Assembly (NCBI GenBank): GCA_021791495.1
Contig: JAJYWN010000060.1
Span: 141,591 to 205,590, forward strand
Direction of reading: 5' to 3'
Length of the DNA stretch: 64,000 nucleotides
Source: Bacillota bacterium
Lineage (GTDB): Bacteria; Bacillota; Sulfobacillia; JAJYWN01
The translations under genes were made by a program, and so were the position numbers. The notes under the pieces were generated by a model. That model was not told the origin of the DNA. It did no database searches and saw only the letters and a list, made by a program, of their open reading frames with translations. Of this stretch, positions 16,542 through 25,812 are shown piece by piece; the stretch's first letter is position 1; the number at the start of each line of letters is the position of its first letter.

Positions 16542-17780
16542 TTAGGCTCTACGCGAGTCGGTCGTCCCTTCGGCCTGGCCCGTCTCCATGGTCTCGGTGA
16601 TAGTGATGCCCCTTTTCCGCAGTTCGTCCAGGAAGCGGCGGGGCGGGATGTCCCGCACCGCTTGGAGCAGCCCCCGCCCCTTAATCTCGCCGCGGGCCAG
16701 CATTTGGGCGCAGATGCTGACCGAGAAGCCGACCGTCCGGTTCATGGCCATGAAGCCGGTCGCCAGGTCACGGCTGTCCACCAGGTCGAAAGTGAGGCGC
16801 GCCGGCTCCCCACCCTTGACGCCGCCGACGATGGTCCGCATCACGACCATATCGCGTTCCTGCGGGCCGTACTGGAGCCGGGGCCCAAGGTGATGGACCA
16901 TGAATTCGTGGGGCGTTACCCCGCCACCCAACCCCGGCACGGGTTCGTCACTAAGAAAGCCCAGGTCGTAGAAGGTCTTCCACAGGTAGCTGTGGCCGGG
17001 CCAGCGCAGGGTCGAGCGAGTGGTGTTCCTCAGCGCGCGTGCCACGCCCAGTTGTTCGGCGAATTCCATGGCATCGCCGTTCAGGATGCTCTCCAGCTTC
17101 CCCACGCCGGGGATGATGGTGGTGGCCACCCAGCCTGGTGCGTGCTGGTCCTTCGGGTCGACGGTGATGACCTCCCCGTCGCGCATCATGACCGCCGGTC
17201 GCTTGTAGGAGAGCAGCACTCCGTTCCAGGTCCAGGAGATCTTATATTTCAAGGGGTTGTCGATGGCCGCCGGTTCTGGGATGCCACCGCACATGGAATG
17301 CAGCTCGTGGACCTCATCCAACTGGCTGCACCCGTACCGGCACAGCACCAGGTCGATGCCGGGGTCCAGTCCGGCCTCGGGCAGGAAAGCGATGCCTCGC
17401 TCCACCGCCTTCGCGTGGAACCAGTCCGGCACCTGGTGGCCGTACATGGTGTTCACCACATTGACGCCGGCCTCCAGGGCGGCGGCGCAAACGTTCGGCA
17501 GATACCGGACGGGCAGGACGTCGATGACTACGTCGAAAGCGCTGGCAGTGCTCGAGCTACCGGCGACACAACCTTTCATCAAGGAGGTCAGAGCGGCCGT
17601 ATCAGAGGCGTCCACCTTGGCGAAGAATATCTTGGAGGCGTCCATCAGGTGGAGGTAGGGCTTTAAGGCGTCCGGATTCTGGTCGGCGCATACGATTCGC
17701 TCTACGCTGAAGCTCTTCGACAGGTCGTAGATGGCGGCTTTCCCCTGGAGCCCGGCGCCGCCCAGGACAAGAACGTTCAT
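16542..17780 (-). CDS. Saccharopine dehydrogenase family protein (NAD(P)-binding)
   Basis: MNVLVLGGAGLQGKAAIYDL matches the family. The chosen start is ATG at 17780, which has an AAGGGGG RBS. The longer ORF reaching 17960 is rejected. Confidence 0.85.
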   Translation of the reverse strand: MNVLVLGGAGLQGKAAIYDLSKSFSVERIVCADQNPDALKPYLHLMDASKIFFAKVDASDTAALTSLMKGCVAGSSSTASAFDVVIDVLPVRYLPNVCAAALEAGVNVVNTMYGHQVPDWFHAKAVERGIAFLPEAGLDPGIDLVLCRYGCSQLDEVHELHSMCGGIPEPAAIDNPLKYKISWTWNGVLLSYKRPAVMMRDGEVITVDPKDQHAPGWVATTIIPGVGKLESILNGDAMEFAEQLGVARALRNTTRSTLRWPGHSYLWKTFYDLGFLSDEPVPGLGGGVTPHEFMVHHLGPRLQYGPQERDMVVMRTIVGGVKGGEPARLTFDLVDSRDLATGFMAMNRTVGFSVSICAQMLARGEIKGRGLLQAVRDIPPRRFLDELRKRGITITETMETGQAEGTTDSRRA

Positions 17781-18194
17781 GCCGATTTCCGCCCCCTTAA
17801 GACTGACCGACTTGGTTATCGGTTTCGGTATTCGGCAGTCCAACCCTCCCTCGGCCGGCCTTCTCCCCACAATCCTTGTAATCCCACCCCGCTTTTCGCG
17901 CGCCCGATCGCCGTGCCGGGAATGTGGTGGCCGAAGGTCGGAAAAGCGGATACTTGCCAAGGGTAAACCGTCCGGAAACCCGGACAGAATCGGTAGTTAT
18001 GTAAACTCGTTTCGCCTCCGAGGGGTCTATTCCCGCGATGGGGAAGGGAACTGTCCGGCTTTCCGACGTTTGGATACACATGAGTGTCCGAAAAACCGAC
18101 CTTTTGCCCCTGGACTTTGTGCCTTTTCAGTACAATGAGCCGGCCTCCGGCCATCCGCAAGTCAGAGGCTTCGTATCTATCAAGCCAAGTCCGC

Positions 18195-18300
18195 TCGGGG
18201 CGGCGGTCGACGGCAGGCGACGGCGGGCGGTGGAGGGGGGGCGGCGGAGGGGGACGGAGGGGGGCGGTTGGGGGGCGGTGGAGGTGATCGGCGGTGGCGA
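18195..18300 (+). repeat. G-tract-dense block (GGGGGGG / GGGGG / GGGGGG / GGGGGG ...) that could form a G-quadruplex
   Basis: ggtggagggggggcggcggagggggacggaggggggcggttggggggcggtggagg. The short ORFs across it are Gly/Arg-rich artefacts. Confidence 0.5.
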
Positions 18301-18959
18301 CAGGCATATCAATGGACGAAGCTGGCCTTTTAGCGCTCCTGCGTGAAGTCTTGGGGTCTCGGGTTCAGCTCGCTAGCTTAGACGTCAAGAAGAGAGCCGA
18401 GGACTACCTGGTCTTCACCGCGCACCTAAGCCGCTGTACGCCCGGCGAAGTCCTCGTCAAGGTGGCCGGACCGCGCGCCCCCCTTTCCTGCCCCTTCGAA
18501 CGGACGGCTGCCATCAGCCGTCTGGTCCGGCAAGCCGGAGTGCCCACCTTCGAGGTAGTCGCCGCCGACGAATCGATGGGCAGAACCTTCTGGTGGACCG
18601 GGGTCCGGATGGGCGTTGGAGGCTTTCTGGAATCGTGGACTTCGACAGCGCCTGGTTCGGGTGTGGCGAGTCAGACCTGGCCAGGCTGGAGATATGGAGA
18701 GGTCTGCTTCGCGGAGCGGGTGGCGGCGCGAGTGATAGCCTTGGCCCTGATGTGCCGGCAGCCGCGTTCTGGAGGGCGTACGAGTCGGTTCGGCATCTTC
18801 ATAGCGGTTATGCTGGGCGCCGACCCGTTTTCCAGCTACTCTGGTGCCTGGAGTACGCTGCGCCAACCCCGGAGCACCGAGCCGACACGGCCAAGGTCTG
18901 CGTGGAACTGGGGATTCCGGCTGTTACCTTTCCCAACCACTCCCGTTAGCGCCCAGTGA
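18294..18959 (+). pseudogene. APH/choline-kinase-family phosphotransferase, frameshifted and degenerate
   Basis: The N-terminal part is in frame 1 up to ~18600. The Brenner-motif region is in the +2 frame (..RIDGQNLLVDRGPDGRWRLSGIVDFDSAWFGCGESDLARLEIW). The HGD triad is not preserved and the total length is too short. Confidence 0.4.
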
Positions 18960-19932
18960 GCCCCTGGGTGGCTCCCAAGGCCGCCCGCATTACCTGGTCA
19001 AGGGTCCGGCCATCCTCGTCGCGCTCGGCACCGTAGGAGACCAGCGCCAGTGCGCCGACCTTCGGGTAGGAGAGCAGCCGCCGCAGGCCTTCTCCCAGCT
19101 GATCGCCGGAGATGCCTCCCGGCGCGGGCAAACCCGCCGCCGGCGCCAGCGTGGGGTCAAGAATGTCCAGGTCCACGTGCACGTAGACCACATCCTCGCG
19201 CGCGCACAGGCGGTCCATGGCCCACTTCAGCCGGGGAGACCATGCAGACCCGTCGGACCCCGCCTCCCCTTGTAACAGGTCATCCACGGTCAAGGTGACG
19301 ATGCCGTCCTCCTTGATCGCTTCCTGCTCCGGCGGATCGACGTCGCGGAGCCCCACCATTAGCACGTCGGGCGCCTGTAGCGGGACGCGCAGGCCGCTGG
19401 CGCGGCGCAGCCGCGGTAAGCACTTCCCGCAGGCGGTGGCCACCGGCATCCCGCCCAGCATGCCGCTGGGACTGGTCTCGGGGGTGTTGTAGTCGGCATG
19501 GGCGTCGATCCAGACCAGCCCGACGCGGCGGGGCCACTCCGGCTCCACGCTCCTGGCCAGCCCGCCAAGGATGCCCAGCACCGAGTTGCAGTCGGCGCCG
19601 AGGGCTACGACGAAAGGCTGGGCATTCACGCTGTCGCAGGCCCTGGTGTCGCGGGCGACCCCGCTGCCGCCAGCCTCGACGCCACCCGGCCTCAGTCTGG
19701 CCGCCGCCACCAGGCCCGCCAGACAACCATTGGCCATCCCCACCCGGTTCCATCCGCCGTAACGGGCTTCCTCATCGGGCGTCAGGGTGACGGTGGCGGG
19801 CCCTTGGACGGTGTGTCCCTGGGCGGTCAGTCTATCGGCGATACCGGCTCGTATCAGGGCTTCAGGACCGGAACCGTGGCCCTGACCTTTGCCTTGGACA
19901 TTGTAAGGTTGGGCAATCAAGGCGACGCGCAA
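18946..19932 (-). CDS. Arginase/agmatinase/formiminoglutamase family ureohydrolase
   Basis: Metal-binding motifs LVWIDAHADYNTPETSPSGMLGGMP, GLRDVDPPE and VHVDLDILDP are present. The start is TTG. Confidence 0.8.
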   Translation of the reverse strand: MRVALIAQPYNVQGKGQGHGSGPEALIRAGIADRLTAQGHTVQGPATVTLTPDEEARYGGWNRVGMANGCLAGLVAAARLRPGGVEAGGSGVARDTRACDSVNAQPFVVALGADCNSVLGILGGLARSVEPEWPRRVGLVWIDAHADYNTPETSPSGMLGGMPVATACGKCLPRLRRASGLRVPLQAPDVLMVGLRDVDPPEQEAIKEDGIVTLTVDDLLQGEAGSDGSAWSPRLKWAMDRLCAREDVVYVHVDLDILDPTLAPAAGLPAPGGISGDQLGEGLRRLLSYPKVGALALVSYGAERDEDGRTLDQVMRAALGATQGLTGR

Positions 19933-20049
19933 GGGAAACCGCCCTCCATCCCAGATCGATCACAAGGTTTCGCAGTCACCGGAGTCGATTCCTTGGGGAA
20001 GGAAGTGGCAGAGGCACATGGAAATGGCGCAAGCAAGGTGCGAGGGGGG

Positions 20050-21231
20050 GTGCGGTGGTTGCACAGGAGTATCGCTCTGGCGATTGCCGAGGTGGCGCTA
20101 ATACTGGTGCTGATGCCGGTGCTTATGCTTTCCGGAGGGTGCGCCGGCAAGGGCAAACCGTCCGGCGGCACCATGTCGCCATCCTTCTCCTCCCAGCCAA
20201 CGCAACCCTCCCAGGCCACCCAGCCAACATCCAAGCCAAGCGAGCAACCGACTACCCAGCCAACCGCGCCATCGACTACATCCGTCAGCCGTGGGCAGTC
20301 CATCCCCGCGACAAGGGCGAAGGCACTCCCGTCGGCCGACCCCTTTCCTCCGGTCCTCCGTTCGGACCAGTGGCAGGCCCCCATACCCCTGCCCGGCCCC
20401 ATCAATACGGCGGGCGCCGAGGATTCCCCGTTCGTGTCCCCCGACGGCAAGGAGTTCTATGTCTTCTTCACGCCCGACCCAAACGTCCCACCGCAGAAGC
20501 AGCTTCTGGATGGTGTAACCGGGATCTGGCGGGCGACCAGATCCGGCGAGACGTGGACCGAACCAGAACGAGTGCTGCTCTCTGATACGCTGGCCCTGGA
20601 CGGGTGTCCGACGCTGCAAGGCGAGACGCTGTGGTTCGCGTCGGTCCGCGCGGGGAGCATGGGCGAGATCGACGTCTTCACGGCACGCCGAGGAGCCGCC
20701 GCAGGACCTACGAGCGGCGCCGGTGCCGCGACGGGTGGTGGGGGTGGCGCGGGGGGCGGAGCCTGGACGAAGTGGGAAAACGCCGGTGCCCAGTTGAACA
20801 AGGATTTCGATATCGACGAGTTCCACGTCACCGCAGACGGCATGACCTTGTACTTCCACTCATCGCGTCCGGGCGGTTACGGCGGGCTGGACATCTGGAT
20901 GACCCAGAAGACGGAGAACGGGACCTGGGGTACTCCAGCGAACCTGGGTCCCGGAGTCAACACCGCCGCGGACGAGGGCCGGCCCTTTCTGACCTCCGAC
21001 GGCAGAGAGTTGTGGTTCGACCGGCCCGGATCGAAGGACCCGGGGCCCGCTGTGTACCGTTCCGTCAAGGCTGCCGACGGCAAGTGGGGCATCGCGCAGG
21101 AGGTAATCTCACGCTTCGCGGCCGAACCCACCTTGGACGACCGCGGGAACATCTACTTCGTGCACCATTACTTCACGCCGGACGGGAAAACCATGGTTGA
21201 GGCCGACATCTATGTCGCCTATCGCAAGTGA
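20050..21231 (+). CDS. Lipoprotein with TolB-like PD40 beta-propeller repeats and a Thr/Pro/Gln-rich linker
   Basis: The GTG at 20050 gives MRWLHRSIALAIAEVALILVLMPVLMLSGGC, a signal peptide with lipobox. The linker is SQPTQPSQATQPTSKPSEQPTTQPTAPSTT. PD40-type repeats include SPDGKEFYVF, TADGMTLYFHSSR and TSDGRELWFDR. The upstream part of the ORF overlaps the arginase gene and is rejected. Confidence 0.7.
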   Translation: MRWLHRSIALAIAEVALILVLMPVLMLSGGCAGKGKPSGGTMSPSFSSQPTQPSQATQPTSKPSEQPTTQPTAPSTTSVSRGQSIPATRAKALPSADPFPPVLRSDQWQAPIPLPGPINTAGAEDSPFVSPDGKEFYVFFTPDPNVPPQKQLLDGVTGIWRATRSGETWTEPERVLLSDTLALDGCPTLQGETLWFASVRAGSMGEIDVFTARRGAAAGPTSGAGAATGGGGGAGGGAWTKWENAGAQLNKDFDIDEFHVTADGMTLYFHSSRPGGYGGLDIWMTQKTENGTWGTPANLGPGVNTAADEGRPFLTSDGRELWFDRPGSKDPGPAVYRSVKAADGKWGIAQEVISRFAAEPTLDDRGNIYFVHHYFTPDGKTMVEADIYVAYRK

Positions 21232-21304
21232 TTCCGGAGCTGAGGAGCCGAGGCTGAGGGGCCAAGGCGCAGGAACCGAAACCGAGGAGCCAGAGAGTGG
21301 GGCA

Positions 21305-21637
21305 TCATCGGAGGAGGCCACCCGCCAAGGAGGCTACCAGTAGCGCCACCAACCCACCACCGACCACCGCAAGCAAAGCCGCGGTGAAATGGGCTTTTCC
21401 CAGAATCCTGGCGCGCCATTGGTACAGTTGCACCGCCAGGCCACTTCCGATGACGATCCCCAGGAGGTCCCAGGCAGGATCTTTCAGGAAGAAGGACCGA
21501 CGGGCCACCGCCAGTAGCAGGGCAAACATGGCCAAGAGGTAACCCAGCCGGTAACTGGCGTTTTCCACCGCTATCGTGCGCTCGTCCCTTTCCGGCGGCT
21601 CCTGCCGCGGGCTTTGGCTCTTGTGACTTGCGGGCAT
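21305..21637 (-). CDS. Small three-TM membrane protein, translationally coupled to the XRE regulator (yozG/yoaS-like module)
   Basis: The ATG at 21637 sits 1 nt after the XRE stop. Hydrophobic helices are YLLAMFALLLAVA, LLGIVIGSGLAV and ALLAVVGGGLVALLVA. Confidence 0.5.
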   Translation of the reverse strand: MPASHKSQSPRQEPPERDERTIAVENASYRLGYLLAMFALLLAVARRSFFLKDPAWDLLGIVIGSGLAVQLYQWRARILGKAHFTAALLAVVGGGLVALLVASLAGGLLR

Positions 21638-21638
21638 C

Positions 21639-21854
21639 TCACATCTCCTCCAGTTGGAAAAGCTCTTCGACCTTCTTCTCCAAAACCCGTGCAAGGATGA
21701 GGGCCAGTTTCGCCGACGGGGCATACTGGCCATTCTCAATGTAGCTGATGGTCTGACGGGTCACGCCCGCCATGGCCGCCAGATGCTCTTGGGACAGATC
21801 CTTCTCGGCTCTTACCACTCGAAGCCGGTTCCTCAGCCGGTACGCTTCTGACAT
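21639..21854 (-). CDS. XRE family HTH transcriptional regulator (Cro/CI-type)
   Basis: MSEAYRLRNRLRVVRAEKDLSQEHLAAMAGVTRQTISYIENGQYAPS. The RBS is GGGAGGG. Confidence 0.8.
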   Translation of the reverse strand: MSEAYRLRNRLRVVRAEKDLSQEHLAAMAGVTRQTISYIENGQYAPSAKLALILARVLEKKVEELFQLEEM

Positions 21855-21900
21855 CCTCGTTCGACCCTCCCGGCTCAAAGGTAAAATACATTTGTCGTTT

Positions 21901-21918
21901 TGTCAAGTATACTTGACA
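21901..21918. promoter_or_regulatory. Perfect 18-bp palindrome TGTCAAGTATACTTGACA, a candidate operator flanked by divergent promoters
   Basis: It lies between the XRE gene and pepF paralog 1. It carries TTGACA on both strands. Confidence 0.5.
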
Positions 21919-21999
21919 CCCTGGATCGGTTAGGTGGGAGGTGCGGGCTTCCCGGAATAGAAACTGTGGATAGGTCCCCACGATGGGAGGCAATCTGTG

Positions 22000-23787
22000 A
22001 TGCCTGCTCCGATACGGCCCCCTTCTGAAGCGTCACCTACTTGGAGACGCCTGACCCGTGCCGAAGTCCACGTGGAAATGACCTGGAACCTGGCCGACAT
22101 CTTCCCCACCCCCGAAGCCTGGGAGACGGAGATGGCGGCGGTGGAAGCCGACATTCCGACAGTGACGACATACCGGGGCAAGCTTGGGGAAGGCACGTCG
22201 GTGATCCTGGCCTGCTTGGAGGCCTACGAGAATCTCGCCGCTCGCACCGGCCGGGTTTCCAGCTACAGCTTCCTGAACTGCGCGGTCGACGCCACTTCCG
22301 CAGCCAAACAGGAGGCCTACGCCAGGGCCCAGACCCTTATGGCGAAAGTGCAGGCCGCCGCATCATTCATTAGGTCGGAAATCCTCACCCTCCATCCCTG
22401 CACCGTAGAAGGCTTGTTGGCAGACGGTGATCTGGAAGGTGACGGCGGCCTCAGCTCGTACCGCCCATATCTAAGGGGTCTCCTTCGGCAGAGACCTCAC
22501 CAACTGAGTCAACAAACGGAGGAAGCTCTCGTGGCGTTCGGAGAAGTGCTGGGCGCCAGCAAAACCATCTATGACCAATCCAAGATGCTGGATATGTCTT
22601 TCCCGCCGGCCACCGACAGTGAATGCCACCAGCATCCACTGTCCTTTGGCGCCTATGAAGCCCGCTACCAGAACACATCCGATCAGACCCTGCGTCGCAG
22701 CGCCTGGGCTTCATTCACGGCCGGCTTGAAAGGTTACCGGCACACCTACGCCGCCACTTGGTCGACGATGGTCCGTCGGAACATCGTCCACGCCAGCCTC
22801 CGCCGGTACGAGTCGGCCCGCGATATGTTCCTCGACGAACAGGGAGTACCGCTTAAGGTTTACGACAGCCTCCACGACGTCATTCTGGCTGAGCTGGCCC
22901 CCCACATGCGACGTTATGCCGAACTGCGGCGGCAAGTGTTGGGCCTGGACCGATTGCTTTATTGTGATCTTGAGGTTCCCCTGGACCCCGGTTACCTCCC
23001 GGCCGTGACCGTCGAAGAAGGCCGGGAGATGCTCCTCCGGGCCCTGGGTGCGCTCGGCGGAGAGTACCGTCAGATAATCGCCGATAGCTTTAGCCACCGG
23101 TGGATAGATTGGGCCGAGAACATTGGGAAATCCCCGCACGGCACCGCGGGCATGGTTCCCGGCGTTCACCCCTATGTAATGGTTACGTGGACGGGTAGCA
23201 TGCGTAATACGTTCACTCTGGCACATGAACTCGGGCATGCCGCCCAGATGTTCTTAAGCTATATCCATCAGGAACCGTTGAATAGCATTCCCTCTCGCTT
23301 CTTCATGGAGGCACCGTCCACGGCGAACGAGGCCATCCTCGGCCTTGACGCCTTATCCTCCAGCACCGGTGAACGCAGGCGCTTGTGGGTTTTGACCTAC
23401 CTGCTCGCCAGCTACCACCACAACTTCGTCCGTCACCTAATAGAGGGAGAGCTGGAGAGGCGGATATACGCTCTGGCCGAGCGCGAGCAGGCCATCACTG
23501 AGCGGGAGCTGTCGGGGGTGCAGGGCGATATCTTAAGGGAGTTCTGGGGCGACATTCTTGAAATCGATGATGGCGCCCGCCTGACCTGGATGCGTCAGCC
23601 CCATTATTACCGTGGCCTCTACTCGTATGCCTACGCGGCCGGCCTCACCATCGGGACCGCTGTGGCTCTGGCCCTCCGGGACGAGGGCGAACCGGCCGCC
23701 GTTCGCTGGGTAAACGCGCTGAAAGCCTGCGGGGCCAAAGGCCCCCTCGAACTGGCGCAGATCGCCGGGGTGGACCTGATCGCCTGA
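22000..23787 (+). CDS. pepF: Oligoendopeptidase F (M3B family), paralog 1; its C-terminus is truncated/frameshifted relative to paralogs 2 and 3
   Basis: The zinc motif HELGHAAQ is present. The protein is about 55-70% identical to the other two copies over the full length. The RBS is GGGAGG. Confidence 0.88.
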   Translation: MPAPIRPPSEASPTWRRLTRAEVHVEMTWNLADIFPTPEAWETEMAAVEADIPTVTTYRGKLGEGTSVILACLEAYENLAARTGRVSSYSFLNCAVDATSAAKQEAYARAQTLMAKVQAAASFIRSEILTLHPCTVEGLLADGDLEGDGGLSSYRPYLRGLLRQRPHQLSQQTEEALVAFGEVLGASKTIYDQSKMLDMSFPPATDSECHQHPLSFGAYEARYQNTSDQTLRRSAWASFTAGLKGYRHTYAATWSTMVRRNIVHASLRRYESARDMFLDEQGVPLKVYDSLHDVILAELAPHMRRYAELRRQVLGLDRLLYCDLEVPLDPGYLPAVTVEEGREMLLRALGALGGEYRQIIADSFSHRWIDWAENIGKSPHGTAGMVPGVHPYVMVTWTGSMRNTFTLAHELGHAAQMFLSYIHQEPLNSIPSRFFMEAPSTANEAILGLDALSSSTGERRRLWVLTYLLASYHHNFVRHLIEGELERRIYALAEREQAITERELSGVQGDILREFWGDILEIDDGARLTWMRQPHYYRGLYSYAYAAGLTIGTAVALALRDEGEPAAVRWVNALKACGAKGPLELAQIAGVDLIA

Positions 23788-23935
23788 CCCGATCCATAAA
23801 GCGGTCACCTTCGTCGGCACCCTCGTGGATGACGTGGAGCGGCAGGTACAAAACCTTCGGGCGTGGAAACTTCAGGGGATAGAGGAAAACCGCGAACCTA
23901 CTAAACGATAGGCTCAAGACAGGAGGTAGCCCCAG

Positions 23936-25744
23936 ATGCCCGAACCTGCTCAGCGGCGCCTGACCCGCGCCGAAGTCCCCGTGGACATGACCTGGAACCT
24001 GGCCGACATCTTCCCCACCCCCGAAGCCTGGGAGGCGGAGATGGCGGCGGTGGAGGCCGACATCCCCAGCGTGACCCAGTACAAGGGAAAGTTCGCCGAA
24101 GGCCCCTCCGCCCTTCTGGCCTGCCTGGAAGCCCAGGAGAAGCTGCAGGCCCGCTTCAGTCGCGTGATGTCCTACGCTTCCCTGAACAATTCGGCCGACG
24201 GCAGCTCGCCCGCTAACCAGGCGGCCACCTCCCGCGCCGGGGCCCTAGCGGCGAAGATCCACGCCGCCACCACCTTCATCCAATCGGAGGCCCTCGCCCT
24301 CCCGGCCGGCATCCTTGAAGGGTATCTGGCGTCCGAACCGGGTCTCGCCTCCTTCCGGCATACCATCGAACGGATGGTGAAGGAGAAACCGCACACCTTG
24401 AGCCAGGAGACCGAGGCGGCCCTAGCGGCGTTAGGCGAGGTTCTGGATGCTCCTAGCATGATCTACCGCCTCTCGAAGGTGTCTGATATGACCTTCCAGC
24501 CGGCGACCGACAGCAAGGGGAACGCGCACCACATATCCCCCGCGGGATATGAGGGACGCTTCCGTGACACCGACCAAACGCTTCACCACAACGCCTGGGC
24601 CTCTTTCACCAAGGGGCTCGCCGCCTACAAGAACACCTACGCCGCCACCTGGGCGACCACGGTGAAGAAAAATGTGGTGGAGGCCAGGTTGCGGGGATAC
24701 GCCTCGGCGCGGGACATGATCTTGTCGCGGCAGGAGGTCACGCCGGAGGTCTACAACAACCTCCACGACATCATCCTAAAAGAACTGGCGCCGCATATGC
24801 GCCGCTATGCCGAGCTGCGGAAACGCGTGCTGGGGATGGACAAGATACTCTACTGCGATCTCGAAGCCCCGCTGGACCCCGACTATACTCCCACCATCAC
24901 CTTCGAAGAAGCCGGCGAGATTTTGCTGCACGGTCTGGCGGTGCTCGGAGACGAGTACCTCGACATCATTCGCACCGCCCTGAAGAACCGTTGGATCGAC
25001 CGGTCCGATAACGTGGGTAAGTCCACCGGCGCTTTCTGTAACACCGTTCCCGATGTTCATCCCTACGTCATGATGACCTGGACGGGGAGCATGCGCAACG
25101 CTTTCACCCTGGCCCACGAGTTGGGTCACGGCGGGCAGGGAGTGTTGAGCCACCGGTACCAGCGGCTTTCAAACACACGGCCTTCGATGTTCTTCATTGA
25201 GGCGCCCTCAACGATCAACGAGATCATCGTCGGCACCGATATCCTGGCCAACAGTACCGACAAGCGCCGGCGGCGGTGGGTCATCATGATGATGCTGGCC
25301 AGCTACCACCATAACTTCGTGCGCCACCTGATCGAAGGCGAGCTGCAGCGCCGGATCTACGCCATGGCCGAGCAGGGCCGCCCCATCACGGAGCAGACGA
25401 TCTCGAAGACTCAGGGCGAGATCTTGAGCGAGTTCTGGGGCGACGTCCTGGAAGTCGACGACGGCGCGAGGCTCACCTGGATGCGGCAGCCCCACTACTA
25501 CCGTGGGCTTTACCCCTACACCTACTCCGCGGGACTCACCATCGGGACCACGGTGGGGCAGGCCATCCGCCAGGAGGGACAACCGGCGGTGGACCGCTGG
25601 CTGACTGTGCTCAAAGCCGGCGGGACCAAGGGGCCCATCGAACTGGCGAAGATGGCGGGCGTGGACATGAGCGCGCCCGATCCCATCCGCAAGGCGGTGG
25701 CTTTCGTCGGCTCGCTGGTGGATGAGGTTGTCGCCAGCTTCTAA
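23936..25744 (+). CDS. pepF: Oligoendopeptidase F (M3B family), paralog 2
   Basis: The 602-aa protein has HELGHGGQ and an AGGAGGT RBS. Confidence 0.92.
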   Translation: MPEPAQRRLTRAEVPVDMTWNLADIFPTPEAWEAEMAAVEADIPSVTQYKGKFAEGPSALLACLEAQEKLQARFSRVMSYASLNNSADGSSPANQAATSRAGALAAKIHAATTFIQSEALALPAGILEGYLASEPGLASFRHTIERMVKEKPHTLSQETEAALAALGEVLDAPSMIYRLSKVSDMTFQPATDSKGNAHHISPAGYEGRFRDTDQTLHHNAWASFTKGLAAYKNTYAATWATTVKKNVVEARLRGYASARDMILSRQEVTPEVYNNLHDIILKELAPHMRRYAELRKRVLGMDKILYCDLEAPLDPDYTPTITFEEAGEILLHGLAVLGDEYLDIIRTALKNRWIDRSDNVGKSTGAFCNTVPDVHPYVMMTWTGSMRNAFTLAHELGHGGQGVLSHRYQRLSNTRPSMFFIEAPSTINEIIVGTDILANSTDKRRRRWVIMMMLASYHHNFVRHLIEGELQRRIYAMAEQGRPITEQTISKTQGEILSEFWGDVLEVDDGARLTWMRQPHYYRGLYPYTYSAGLTIGTTVGQAIRQEGQPAVDRWLTVLKAGGTKGPIELAKMAGVDMSAPDPIRKAVAFVGSLVDEVVASF

Positions 25745-25771
25745 GGCCTGACAAAGAACAAGACCAAAACC

Positions 25772-25812
25772 AAGACCCTTCCCCAGTCGGTCCGGGGAGG
25801 GGTCTTGTCTTA
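25772..25812. terminator. Bidirectional rho-independent terminator between pepF-2 (+) and the XRE gene (-)
   Basis: AAGACCCUUCCCC agucggucc GGGGAGGGGUCUU is a 13-bp stem, followed by a U-rich tail. Confidence 0.5.

Noticed and set aside
16662-17666. 334-aa plus-strand ORF inside the saccharopine-dehydrogenase gene
   Set aside because: It is an antisense shadow frame. The minus-strand product has a clean family match across the full length.
17781-18180. Lysine riboswitch (L-box) upstream of saccharopine dehydrogenase
   Set aside because: The AGAGGNGC and GAAAGGGG core blocks were not found on the coding strand.
18084-18312. Gly/Arg-rich small ORFs on both strands
   Set aside because: They are by-products of the G-tract block.
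19498-20049. Upstream 184 codons of the PD40 lipoprotein ORF
   Set aside because: It overlaps the arginase gene on the opposite strand. The signal peptide and lipobox begin at the GTG at 20050.
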